Assembly: GCA_010093815.1 (NCBI GenBank)
Contig: ML996589.1
DNA length: 64,000 nucleotides
Reading direction: 5' to 3' (one strand)
From: Pseudovirgaria hyperparasitica
Taxonomy: Eukaryota
How positions within the stretch are numbered: position 1 is the stretch's first letter; the number at the start of each line of letters is the position of its first letter. Both the position numbers and the translations under genes were made by a program. Below are positions 12,947 through 23,981 of the stretch, one piece after another. Under the pieces are notes generated by a model, which saw only the letters and a program-made list of their open reading frames with translations, was not told the origin of the DNA and ran no database searches.

Positions 12947-12963
12947 TAGAGGTCGTACCCGGA
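12947..12963 (+). promoter_or_regulatory. Putative primer-binding site
   Basis: tagaggtcgtacccgga (de-RIP TGGAGGTCGCACCCGGA), 4 nt after the LTR; identical at 50819-50835. Confidence 0.6.
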
Positions 12964-13444
12964 CCGCGAACTTACAGGGGGAGATTAGGACTCCGAAACT
13001 AGCTTAGGGGAAGTATATGGCGTGCCTAATAAGGTAGTCTAGACTTACTAGATCGAAGCCACGAGTCCGGAAAACAGGGAGTCTAGAGTCGCTAGGGGCT
13101 AGCCTCTTAAAAGTAGCCGTAAAAAGCATGCGCATGCTAACACGGGTAATAGCGCGACTCGAAAATGTCTTAGGGGAATAGGATAAAACAGGGCCAGATA
13201 AAGCAGCAAAGAAGAGTTCAAAAACGACAAATACAACCTGTTTAGTGCTACTATAGCTGTTATTCATAAACACGGCCACACGAGTACACCACTTTAGGAA
13301 CGCCTTATACGAAGATAATAACATAAGTAGAATACCATGAACCTTATATCGATAAAGACGATAGTAATAGTTCACCTTATAAAGGGATTAATTAACATAA
13401 AGAAGGGATAATAGGTGTTATGGGTAGACGCATTGGGCCAACCT

Positions 13445-13472
13445 TTAGTTAAGGCAATCCCTTGACTAATAA
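13445..13472. repeat. Degenerate copy of the 31-bp palindrome
   Basis: ttagttaagg-caat-cccttgactaataa; keeps the un-RIPed TGACTAA. Confidence 0.85.
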
Positions 13473-13557
13473 CCTTACCCCTAGCGTCTCTACTAGCACA
13501 CCTACTACTAGTAATGGTGCGATAGGAGCTTAAAACGACCTAGTAACTCGTAGAGAG

Positions 13558-16500
13558 ATGCTTAACTTCTTCGTAGCATTTGCGCGACAAGGAAGGATGG
13601 TACCTCTATCTACTCTAGCCCCCGAGCGCTTTGAAGGAATAAACATTACGGCCTTCCTTCGGAAGTACGAGGACATATATATAAACTATAAAGTTCCGCC
13701 TAATAAGAAGATAACCTCTCTACCGTTATACTACGAGGACTATCTCCGTCCTACTATTAAAGGAATGGGTGGGTTTTAGAAATAGTAGTGGGCCACACTA
13801 CGTAAAGAATTATTAAAGGAATTCTCTCTATTTGACTCCGCCCTCGAGGAAGGCACCATCTACTTTATCCGAAAATACGTAGAAATGGTTAAAGCAGACC
13901 CATCCTACTCTCTCCCCATGTACTACTCCCGGTATCGTGTTATTACGGAGAAACTTACGGCTAAAGGAAGCCTAAGCTCGTATTCGCGAATAGAGCTCTT
14001 CCTAGAAGGGCTGCCTAATAGTCTTAAGGCTCGGGCTATAGAGAAATATTAACTCACGATGGAAGTACATAGTTACGACTAGGTAATTATCTATGGCTTC
14101 GTATTACGAAAGGCTAGAGTACTTAAGGAACTAGCTCGTATTAACAAGCACTTAGCCGCATAAGAGCTGGCCATAGCCATATACCATAAATCAAAGATAG
14201 GGAGTAAGAAGACTAGCTTAGAAGAGCAGTTACATGAAGAAAGAAGAACTAATGAATTTAGCCACCCCTTTCTAGTTAAAGTATATATCGCGCTAGGATT
14301 GGATAAGTTCAACGAGATAGTAGAGAGATTTAGTAAACTAGACCTCACGTCAATTAAGATAAAGTCCTACTTTACCTCTAATCCCTTATTCTCATCCCTT
14401 AAGAAGTACGAACCTAAGCTACTTTCGGCTATTATTAACTAGTAGGCGCGAAGGCTAAATCTTTTAACACACCCCTAAGTACGAGGCATGCCTATAGAAC
14501 TAACGTAAGTTTATCTATAGAATTATATATAGAATAGAGAATACGTCTCCACCCGAGACTCCTAAGGAGGCGTTATAGCCTAGGATAGGCCTCGAAGACC
14601 GATCGTGTGCATCACGTACGGAGGAGATTACCTAATATATAGATGTCCGGAGATGGTAGGATACATTAGAGACGGATTACTAAATATTAACGGGGTGCGA
14701 GTATTCCGAGGGCGTTTCGGGGCAAACGGAGAAGAAATTCTATTACTACCCTCCTCGGTAGGGCCATAAGCTACCCTATAAGCTATCCGGAACTACGTAG
14801 TAACGGTTTAAAACGGCCTAAGCTAGTACGGAGAGGGAGTAAAGGTTTCTACGTCCGTAGTAAACATTAACGCTTTATAGGGAGTGCCGGTATATAGTAT
14901 TAGTGCAAAATCTATAAAGGGTCCCTACTAGGCCTCGGCGGACAGCGATTCGGAAGAAGAAGTTACGTCGCCCGAGAGTAAGAAAGATAGATATATAGAA
15001 TTCCACGAACGCTTCGACGTGGCTAGTAATAGATATATCCGCGAGGAAATAGCCCTAGAAGAGCCTACTATACTTGTAATATCTAGAAGGGGGATCACGA
15101 AGAGTACACCTAATTATACTAAGGAAAGAAAGATCGCCTATCTCCGCGGAATACGTGAAGGGTAGTATATAAGAATTATTAAGGAATAGGAGGACGGCGA
15201 GAAGAGTGGCGACTAGAGAACGTCTAAATAAGAGCTAACGGCGCCTAAGGATAAGATGGATAAAGGGGATGGCCTAAATCCTAGTTAAAAGGCACGTATC
15301 CGAGGCGTTAAGCTTAATAACTATCTACGCGAGGGACAGCGGCTAAGCATAGAAGCTAGCGAAGCATGGCTGGTACGCGTTCTAGGGACAACTATAAATA
15401 TTACTATTAGCGAACTATTAAGCCTTAATAGTAACTTACGTCGTGCGGTGTTCGAGAAGGGCGCCCCCGACTTCATAGCTAGAGAGGTCCGCGAGGCTCG
15501 AGAGGAGAGAGCTAAGAAGAAAGGAAGAAACGACCATGCCATGGCTCCCGAGATAAATAAACTTAATATATTAGCACCCCTCTATGCCACGGGGACGGCC
15601 ATTATATAATAAGACATTAATTAGCTTAAAGAAGGGATAGTAAGGCTAGTGGCCGAGTGTCCGAGGTACCCCGTGGAAGTTAGTCCTAAAAGGGCGACTA
15701 GTATAGTACTATTCGATAGTAGCGCGTAGGTAAATGGCATTCGACTAGATGCTACGAGGCGTCTCGGGCTAGCGATATCTTCGCTTCTACCATATATAAA
15801 GAACTCGAGTTTAGTTAGCGCTACTTAGTATAGTACTCTATTCGTGGGAATAGTATAGTAATGCCCTATCCGCATAGGTCGGATCGTTACGGCCACTTTA
15901 ATATTTATATATAGCGAACTTAATTATGACCTTATCCTAGGGGAGCCATATACTAGGCAGGCCTTACTTACGGTGTAGAGGTCAGCCTCCGGGTAAGTAC
16001 TCTTAATAGTCTACTCCGTATATAGATAAGAACGTGTAACCTTCGAAACTAGTCTAGACGAGTATATTCTAGTCTTAGAGAAGGAGGGTAACTCCGTGGC
16101 TAGAGACTAACTATATAGCGGAGTATGTTACTAGAAGCCGGAGTTAAGCCGGATTATTAGTTAAGGGCTACCCTTAACTAATAATCCGCACTAAATAGGG
16201 TCCGGTAAACCTACTAACGAAGGGGATAGGATATATTTTTATACGGATATAGAAATAAGTTATATAGAGTTGCTTTCCGAGAAAATCCGGCCTAAAAATA
16301 TTACTTAGTTATCGAGAAAAGATAACTTAGCCGCCCTAGTTACGGCGGCAAGGTACGCTGCCTTTATACATAAATAAGGTACGATAATAGAATAGCTTAT
16401 AGTAGGCTCCACCGGCCTCTAAAGACGGTATTCATCCGGGGTATTAAAGGGATTTAGTATAGCTACCATATATAAAAGAAAGGGAGTTAAAGTACACCCC

Positions 16501-19500
16501 GTGGATGACTCCGAAGCCCACCGAAAGGTCCCTAGGAATCCATTAGGGTATCTAGACTAGCGTGAACGAGCAATCGCACGGCAGGCACTTCTTCTAGCCG
16601 TCCACCTAGGCCTTAATATATTTAATAGGCTAATAGAGCCTCGAAGGGTAACTATCCCGCTAGAAACACGTCTAACGCCTCTACGTATAAGTTAGCTAAA
16701 GATTAGAATAGAGCTACGTCCCACGGAACTTAAGTTACTATATATAATCTTATTATATCGCGAGGAAGCACTAGTATAGGAATTCTTATACCTTAGTAAA
16801 TTTAACGAAGAGGTGGCATCTCCGTAGGAGATCCGAACGGTAGAACATAAGGTATAGTAGGCTAAGAACTTTAATATTCCTAGAGCCCTTTATAGGAAGG
16901 TACTCACGATCCTAAAAGAGCGTCTTAATAGCGGAAGGCTTAAGCCCTATAGTAGTCCTTATCGAAACGCCTATTTTCTCGTGGAAAAGAAGAAGGAAGC
17001 CAATAAGGAACGAGATTATAGGTTAATCAATTCGGCGATAGAAATCAACCGAGTTACCATTCGTAATACGGCCACGCCGCCCTTATGTAAAGAATTCTCG
17101 GAGCACTTTACGGGGATGGCCGTCTTAACGTTTACCGACTTCTTCTTAGGATACGATTAGATTCTATTAGTAGAGTATTACCGAGACTTAACGGGGTTTA
17201 TAACGCCCCTAGGATTACTACACGGGATAATATTACCTTAAGGGGCCACTAATTTAGTAGCTTAGTTCGTTAGGATTATGTTAACTATTATATAAGAACA
17301 CATCCCGGAGAGGGCTCTACTATTCCTAGATAACTTAGGTATTAAAGGACCTACGACGAAATATAACTCTAAGGAGGCCCTGCCTAGAATTCGTAGGTAT
17401 ATCCTAGAACATTTAATTAACGTAGATAAGGTTCTCGCGGATATAGAGCGCGCCGGATACGCCCTAAGTGGTAAGAAGACTTAGTAGTGTGTTAAAGCCG
17501 CTAACATTATAGGATACGTCTACGGCATTAAAGGGAGGCGACCGAGTAATAAAAAGGTTACTACTATTAGGGACTGGAAACCCTGTAAAAACACGACGAA
17601 TGTGCGAGCCTTCCTTGGCGTTTATATATATTTCCGGATATGGATCCCCGGGTACGCTGTTATCGCATTACCGCTATTTATACTATTAAAGAATGAATCG
17701 GCCTAGTAGTAGATAGCTAAGGAGTAGACCTTAATAGACGCGCTAAAGATAGCTCTAACTACTACTCCCGCACTAATAACGTTACGGTACGGGATAGATG
17801 CGGGAGACATAATCCTAGTAGTAGACTCTAGTAACGTTGGGTGGGGGGCTACGTTAATACAGGAGAACGAGGATTATAAATGTTAGCTATCGCGGTATAA
17901 TAGAGGAATGTGGTTAAAAGCTAAGAGAAACTACGATACCGTGAAACTAGAGTACCGAGCCCTCCTCCACGCGTTATAGAAGTTCCGGTAATACCTCTAT
18001 AGTACGCACTTTATTATAGAAATAGACGCGAATACTCTAGTCGCTTAAATTAACCGCACCGTAACTAACTTACTAGGGGCGCTCGTTACTAGGTGGCTCG
18101 CGTGGATTTAGCTATAGAACTTTATAGTTAGGCACGTACCTAGGAAGCGTAACGTAGTCGCCAACGGTATCTCACGGATACACGAAGGAGAAGAACTACC
18201 AGACGTCTCTACCTTTGACCTAGACGAGTTCGTGGATATGGCTCTATATATAGACGTACTAGAGACGTCGTTAATCAAGCCTATTAGCGGGAGAGATTAC
18301 ACGATAGGGATACTCGACTATACCGCCATTAAGTCTCCCTTAATAGATAAATATAGCGATAAATGGTAGAGGATTATAAAGTATCTTACTATACTCGAGA
18401 GGCTAACCGACCTAACTAACTAAGCGTATAAGGCCTTTATAACCGACTATCTAAAGTTCCTCGTACGTGACCGAATACTCTAGTAGAGAGGAGATAGGTA
18501 TCGCTAATATACATGAGTAATTGAGGATCCGAATACTAGGGCGTATATAATTACTACCACTTACGACGAGATAGATCATAGAGATAGCGAAGGGACCCTC
18601 GGAAGGATTAAGGATAAGTATTAGTAGGTAGGTATGCGTAGAGACGTGCGATAGCACGTGAAAACCTATAACGAATATTAACGACGAAGTAAGCTCCTCG
18701 GAGGTCTTAATAAAGGGCTCCACCACGTTATAACGCCTATTCTTTAGTAAAGAATATACTTAGACGTAACGGTACTACTACCTTCCATGGGGTATAGTAA
18801 AGTGGTATCTATACGAGAATAGCTAAGCGGATAGACTAAGGCGGAGGCATGTACGGTAGCCACGTCCATAGTCGTCGTAAAGTTCCTCTTTAAGAATATA
18901 ATCTATAGATACGGAATTATTCCTAAAATTACCTATAATGGTAGTAGAGAAAATATAGGTGCTATAGAGGAGCTCCTCTAACTCTATAGAATTCATTAGA
19001 AGGTTACGTCTACGTATAATCCCCGAGTAAATAGGATTATCGAGAGAAGTTTTATACTACTCGCTAATGCTCTCGCGAAGATAACTAATAGCGGATTTAA
19101 GAACTAGCCCGACCACCTCCATGCGGTCGTCTAGATAGATAGAATAACGACACGTGCTAGTATAGGGTATAGTACTATATACCTCGTGCTCGGCCATGAA
19201 CCAATCATGCCTATCGAAGTCGAATTCGAGTCGCTCCGAATACTCCCTTAGGACGAGGTGCGATCGATGTCTAACTTACTCGCTCTTCGAGCTAGATAAC
19301 TTAAGAGAAGATCCGAGGATCTTAAGGAGGCCCATGCCTACGCGATACGAACGCGTGAGGAATCGAGAGAGGCATAGAATAACGACTATTACCTTCGTTA
19401 AGAGTCGTTACTAGTTGATATAATTATCCTCCTATACGACTCGTAGTAATAGAAGGACATGGGGCGGAAGCTAAGGTAGCATTAGAGGGGGCCATATAGA

Positions 19501-19821
19501 ATCTAGTCCGTGTTTAATTATACTTATAAGCTCGCGGAGCTTAATAGAGCCATACTTAGAGGGACGTTTCCTAGCCATAGGTTAAAGAAATATTTTATGA
19601 GAAATATAAGTAACGAGAGTCATGACGAGCTCTCGCGACTACTAATTAGAAGAATTACCGAGGAAAATAAGGAGAGTAGCGATAAGGAAAACTATTATAA
19701 ATAACTTACGGAACACCTCGACGACGCCACACGAACCCGGGTGGAAGTGGTGATTCCTACTCCGCAAGGCTTTAATAGAGAGAAATATTTACGTTTCCCT
19801 AGAATCGATATCTCCTTCTAG
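13558..19821 (+). pseudogene. gag-pol polyprotein of gypsy copy 1 (single frame; true start may lie upstream)
   Basis: De-RIPed CITCGGDHxxxRC knuckle (~14610), protease LFDSGA (~15710), YKRKGVKVHPVD, RT LPQGATNSVAQFVR and FLDDLGIKGP, RNase H VDSS...ADGISR, integrase HHCC and GPY motif; no chromodomain. Confidence 0.9.
16154..16184. repeat. 31-bp palindrome (18-bp arms, 16150-16188) inside gag-pol between protease and RT
   Basis: cggattattagttaaggg-cta-cccttaactaataatccg. Confidence 0.95.
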
Positions 19822-20152
19822 GGGATAGAAGTTTTTTTAAGGAGGGAAGGAATGCTTGTAAAAGTAGTCTTATAACGATGAACTCTATTATCGAAAGAGG
19901 ATGATAAACCCTATCATTACTATAAAATAATAAAACCCATTATTAAAGTAAGCAATGCTCGAAAGAAGACATAATGGCGTTTACGCGAAATTCCACCTAC
20001 CACATATTAAAACCGGTCGTGTAATCGAAGCCTACCTATCGAAGGCCTATTTCGTTACTATAGAACGGGCCCTATTAGGAACTAATAAGGAAGAAAAGAA
20101 GAAGAAGGTATAAGAGAAAAAGATACTTATAGGAAGTCTTATAAGGATGAGA

Positions 20153-20255
20153 ATATACCCGGTATCTATTCATTTATAGATTCCGCTATATACCCGGTAG
20201 ACACATTTATTCATAGATTTCCTATATACCTAGTATATATTCATTCATAGATTCG
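20153..20255 (+). repeat. Three ~35-bp tandem units (atatacccggta..cattcatagatt) upstream of ORF3
   Basis: Units start at 20153, 20188 and 20224; also present in copy 2 (~58030-58130). Confidence 0.75.
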
Positions 20256-20477
20256 ACACGTATACGGGCCTACGGCCGTTGGCAAGGATCATTTATAAAA
20301 ATTACTATATACCCGGCATTCGAGGAGGCATAAAAAAGAGAACTCAAGATAGTATATAACTCTTCCCTCTTACACCTCTCCATATCTCCTTAATTAATAA
20401 AACCTCCTCCTCCACTTCCGCCTCGCTTAAACTACCTCTTCTTAGAATGTAACTCGCCGATAGAACTAATAATAATA

Positions 20478-23438
20478 ATGGCCCCGCCGAAGAAGAAAAC
20501 GCCTACCCGTGAAGAGTTATAAGATCGTTAAGCACTAATAAGATAGACGCGGTCCTAGTTAAGAGTCGTAAGTGCTAAAGCAGGGCCATCGACGGCTATC
20601 GTAGTATTAAGGCCATCTACTACTCCGCACGGATAGGCTATAGAAGCTATAGAAATAAATAAGTCTACTATTAACCGAATTATCGCCATCTAGGACCCGC
20701 AAGAGCGATAGGACTATATTCTAGACACGTTTAATAATCTCCTTCACATTACCAGCCTCATAGAATAGCTCTTAAGTAGTATAGTTAACCTCTTCTAGGA
20801 AGTAGGAGCCGTAATAGGGTATAGTAAGGTAAAGATTAACTCCTCTATTCCGAAAGAAGTCCACGAGATGATTCGTCGTAGAAGAGACACTAACTTCTAT
20901 ATCCTAAAAGCCAAAAATACGATCCTATAAAACTAGCGAAAAGACCTCTCTAATAATAACGGCTAGTCACTCTAATCCGCCCTCGGATAGCTCTAGTAAA
21001 CATAGAACTTTATAGAAAAGCTAGTAGCGCTCTCACGAGTGCGAACATGGGCGAGAGTAAGGAACTAGTTAAACGCATCCCTATGGTCCCGAATCGGCCA
21101 GGGATAGAAGGGAAGGGGAATTAAGGCATATCTTTAGAGCTCTAATATTAATGCCGCCCTAGCCAGCGATAGTAACGAGGACGGCCTATCTCTCTAGTAA
21201 CTCTTAAACTACCCTAGCCGATAAAATAAACTAACGTTCTATAATAAGACGGGACTTATTATCCCCGCTAGTTAATAGTCACGGATAAGTAGAATGGTTT
21301 ATAGGCCCGTTAAACACTACCTATAAATCAAAGAGATAAGTGTATCGCCTCCGCCTTAGACCTTACCGTCGCTAAAACCAGCGTAGGTAACGCCTATAGT
21401 AAAGTCCCCTCCACGAAGCACGCCTTCTAGTTTAGTAGCACGTCGTCTCTTCGAAGCTAGTCGTCCGTTTAAAGTAAGTATTCCTCCTACTACTACTAGT
21501 AAACGTCTCTTACCGGGCCATGTAAGAACGTCTTTAGTACCCGTCACGGCCATACCGATAAAACCCACTCGCGGACGTGCCTTATCTACCGGCCCTTAGC
21601 AATTACTAGGGGCGCCTATATAATAATCCCTAGTTATTCTTAGTTCGTACCCTAAGACGATAGCATTAGTCGAGGAAGAGGACGAGCCTAAGAAGTATTA
21701 ATACGCGCCTTTAGTGACGAAGACTTTTAAGGTAGCTACATTATTAAAGAAGAATTTCACGAGCATTAAGGGAATAGCCCTACTAGTACGCTAGAAAGCG
21801 TAGATAGGTAACATGGCTATTCCGTATAAAGTCTACTACAAGCATTACTAAGACGTAGCTAGAAAGAATAATATACTCGTTAGCGTATCCCACTTAAACC
21901 TAGTAGCAAGACTTAAAATAGTATATAAGTTTAGAGATAACGTGGGGGCCCTTAAAGTTTATAAGGACCGCTATACCTGGTTCACGAAGTACGCGCGGCC
22001 ACCTTATCCGATAGAGGCATTAGGTGTCTATCATTACTAGGCCCTAGAGACCCCGAAGTAAGTTATTAATATTAAAACCATCCTTACTAGTATCGCATTT
22101 ATAATTTAGAAGGAGGATAGTAGGATAGGCAGGTAATTCTTCGACGAGTGGGAACGTACCGGAAGTGTTAATATTAAAGGGCTCTTCGAGCCACTTAAAA
22201 AGACGACCTCCATACTTAATAAGAGTATTCTAGAGCTCGCGAGGGATGAATTTAATATATATAAGTACCACTAGTGCATGTTTAATAAGAAATCGAACTA
22301 CGGCTAGCTACGAACTATATACCACTCCTATATCTAATAGTTTATTAGGTAATGCCTACTTTACTAGCTTACCTATGTCGCTCTTCGGCCCGATCTTAAC
22401 TACTATCTAATCTCGTACCCGTACTATGCGAAGTCCTAGGATAGGGACGATAAGACGGGTTTTAAGCATCTCGATAACGCCATTAATCGAATCCTTAATC
22501 CTAGCGATAGACACGGGTTTAATATAATCTAGGGGAGTATTAGTCTTGACGACGAACGAAGTGACGACTATACTATAATCATTCCCCGCTCCTATAAGTT
22601 CTTAAACGAATGGTAGTTAAAGGCTAAGCTCCACGAGGGGGTCAATCGAAATAGTATAATCACGGCTATTAACGACAAGATCTATAATACGGACGATAGG
22701 AAACGATTTAGTCCCTTCGTCCCGGTCCCCTACTAGTCCCTTAAAGTACGTATCTCTAGCCTACTAATAATACACGGCGCCTAGGGTCCCGTAAAGGGTG
22801 GAAGACGCACGATGCTTCTATGGTATGTCGCGATTAGCCCTAATTACATGACAATGGAAGTGCCTAAAATAGGCACATGGGAATAACTCGCAGCAGCTTA
22901 TAGGAATTTAACTCCGGGACCCACGTCTCCGTCGGGATTTTCTAATAAATATAGCGCGATTCCTTTTGCCTTCCTAGCCGTAGTTTAACTCCCGAGTTTT
23001 AACGCCGTTAGTAATGTATTAGTCGGCCGTAAAAGATAGAATAGCTAGAAGGTAAAAGAAGAGGCAGCTGCGTGGCTTAACGCAAGTCCTTAATAACTTA
23101 AAGCCAAGGTAGACGCCTGGTTTAAGAAGGGCTCGAGGGTATTCGTGGAGACCTTTAAGAAAATAGTAAGGTAGGAAAGGCTAGTCTATAGGGATAGGTC
23201 GTTCTAGAAGGAATTTAACGAGGCGCGCGCCGCTAAGCGGCTAATTAATTTTAAGAAATTCGAGCCCGACGCGGGCCTAGATAATATTAAAGAGAACTTC
23301 TACGGATAAGAGAGGCCTAATAAACTATCCGACGAGGAGGAATCTAACCTCTCTAAGATAAGCGACACGATTCTTTAGGAGCTGGCTCGCGACCTCGAGT
23401 ACTAAGATTAGGCGCCTGAAAACCTACCTAATTATTAG
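20478..23438 (+). pseudogene. Gypsy ORF3, ~980 aa, C-terminal PhyH-like Fe(II)/2OG dioxygenase domain (RIP-inactivated)
   Basis: One frame from ATG 20478 (MAPPKKKTP); true stop is 23405, 23411 or 23438. Several internal stops are sense codons in copy 2. Motifs FKHLD (22467-22475), IQGSxSLDDE and HGAQGPxKGGRR (His 22773). Confidence 0.78.
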
Positions 23439-23462
23439 TTAAGGGCTGCCCTTAACTAATAA
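23432..23462. repeat. 31-bp palindrome at the end of gypsy ORF3
   Basis: ttattagttaaggg-ctg-cccttaactaataa; TAG at 23436-23438 is in the ORF3 frame. Confidence 0.95.
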
Positions 23463-23609
23463 TCCGGGCTAAGGTTTACCCGCGCCGAGAGGTTTACTAG
23501 GGGCGCATTTTATTCGTATTAAGGTCTTTCTTTTAGGCGTTCTTCACACGGTTTCTTACACGGTTACTATACTACTAAGGGCAGTAGTTCTATAGGCCGG
23601 GGAGGTATA

Positions 23610-23981
23610 TATGGAAGGCCGCTCCTACAGCCCTATATATATGTGTCCCTGGCTCGATTACATGGCTTATTATATATTTAAGGAGGGCGTTTTCCTTGGT
23701 CATTCTACTCGGCACGCTTCCCCCATCACGAATATTCGATGATTCGACCTTTCCTTATGTTTATAGGCCTCTATAGGTATTGATTATTAGGCTTAGCTAT
23801 TAATAAATTGATTAAGAGTATTATATAGACCCGTCCTATCGTAAAAGAGAACTAATAAGAAGTCGTGCGTTCAAAGAGAACTCATAATACCTAGGAGAGA
23901 TACTTGTGAGTTCGTCGCGACTACTATACTAAGAACACAGCCATTTATAAAAAGGGACATACGTGGCGATAGCTTATCACA
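23610..23981 (+). repeat. 3' LTR of gypsy copy 1
   Basis: Direct repeat of 12571-12942; ends tcaca, followed by TSD atat. Confidence 0.95.

Larger units (their letters stand above)
12571..23981 (+). mobile_element. Ty3/gypsy LTR retrotransposon copy 1 (non-chromoviral, Ylt1-like), 11.4 kb, with an extra 3' ORF
   Basis: 372-bp LTRs at 12571-12942 and 23610-23981 (TG..CA, RIPed); 4-bp TSD ATAT; purine tract ggggagg before the 3' LTR; gag-PR-RT-RH-IN order. Confidence 0.95.

Noticed and set aside
19500..19821. Chromodomain at the integrase C-terminus
   Set aside because: After the GPY motif there is only a short acidic tail with no chromodomain aromatic pattern.
20478..23438. ORF3 as a retroviral env gene
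   Set aside because: No signal peptide or transmembrane anchor is evident; the N-terminus is basic and the C-terminal half has dioxygenase-type motifs.
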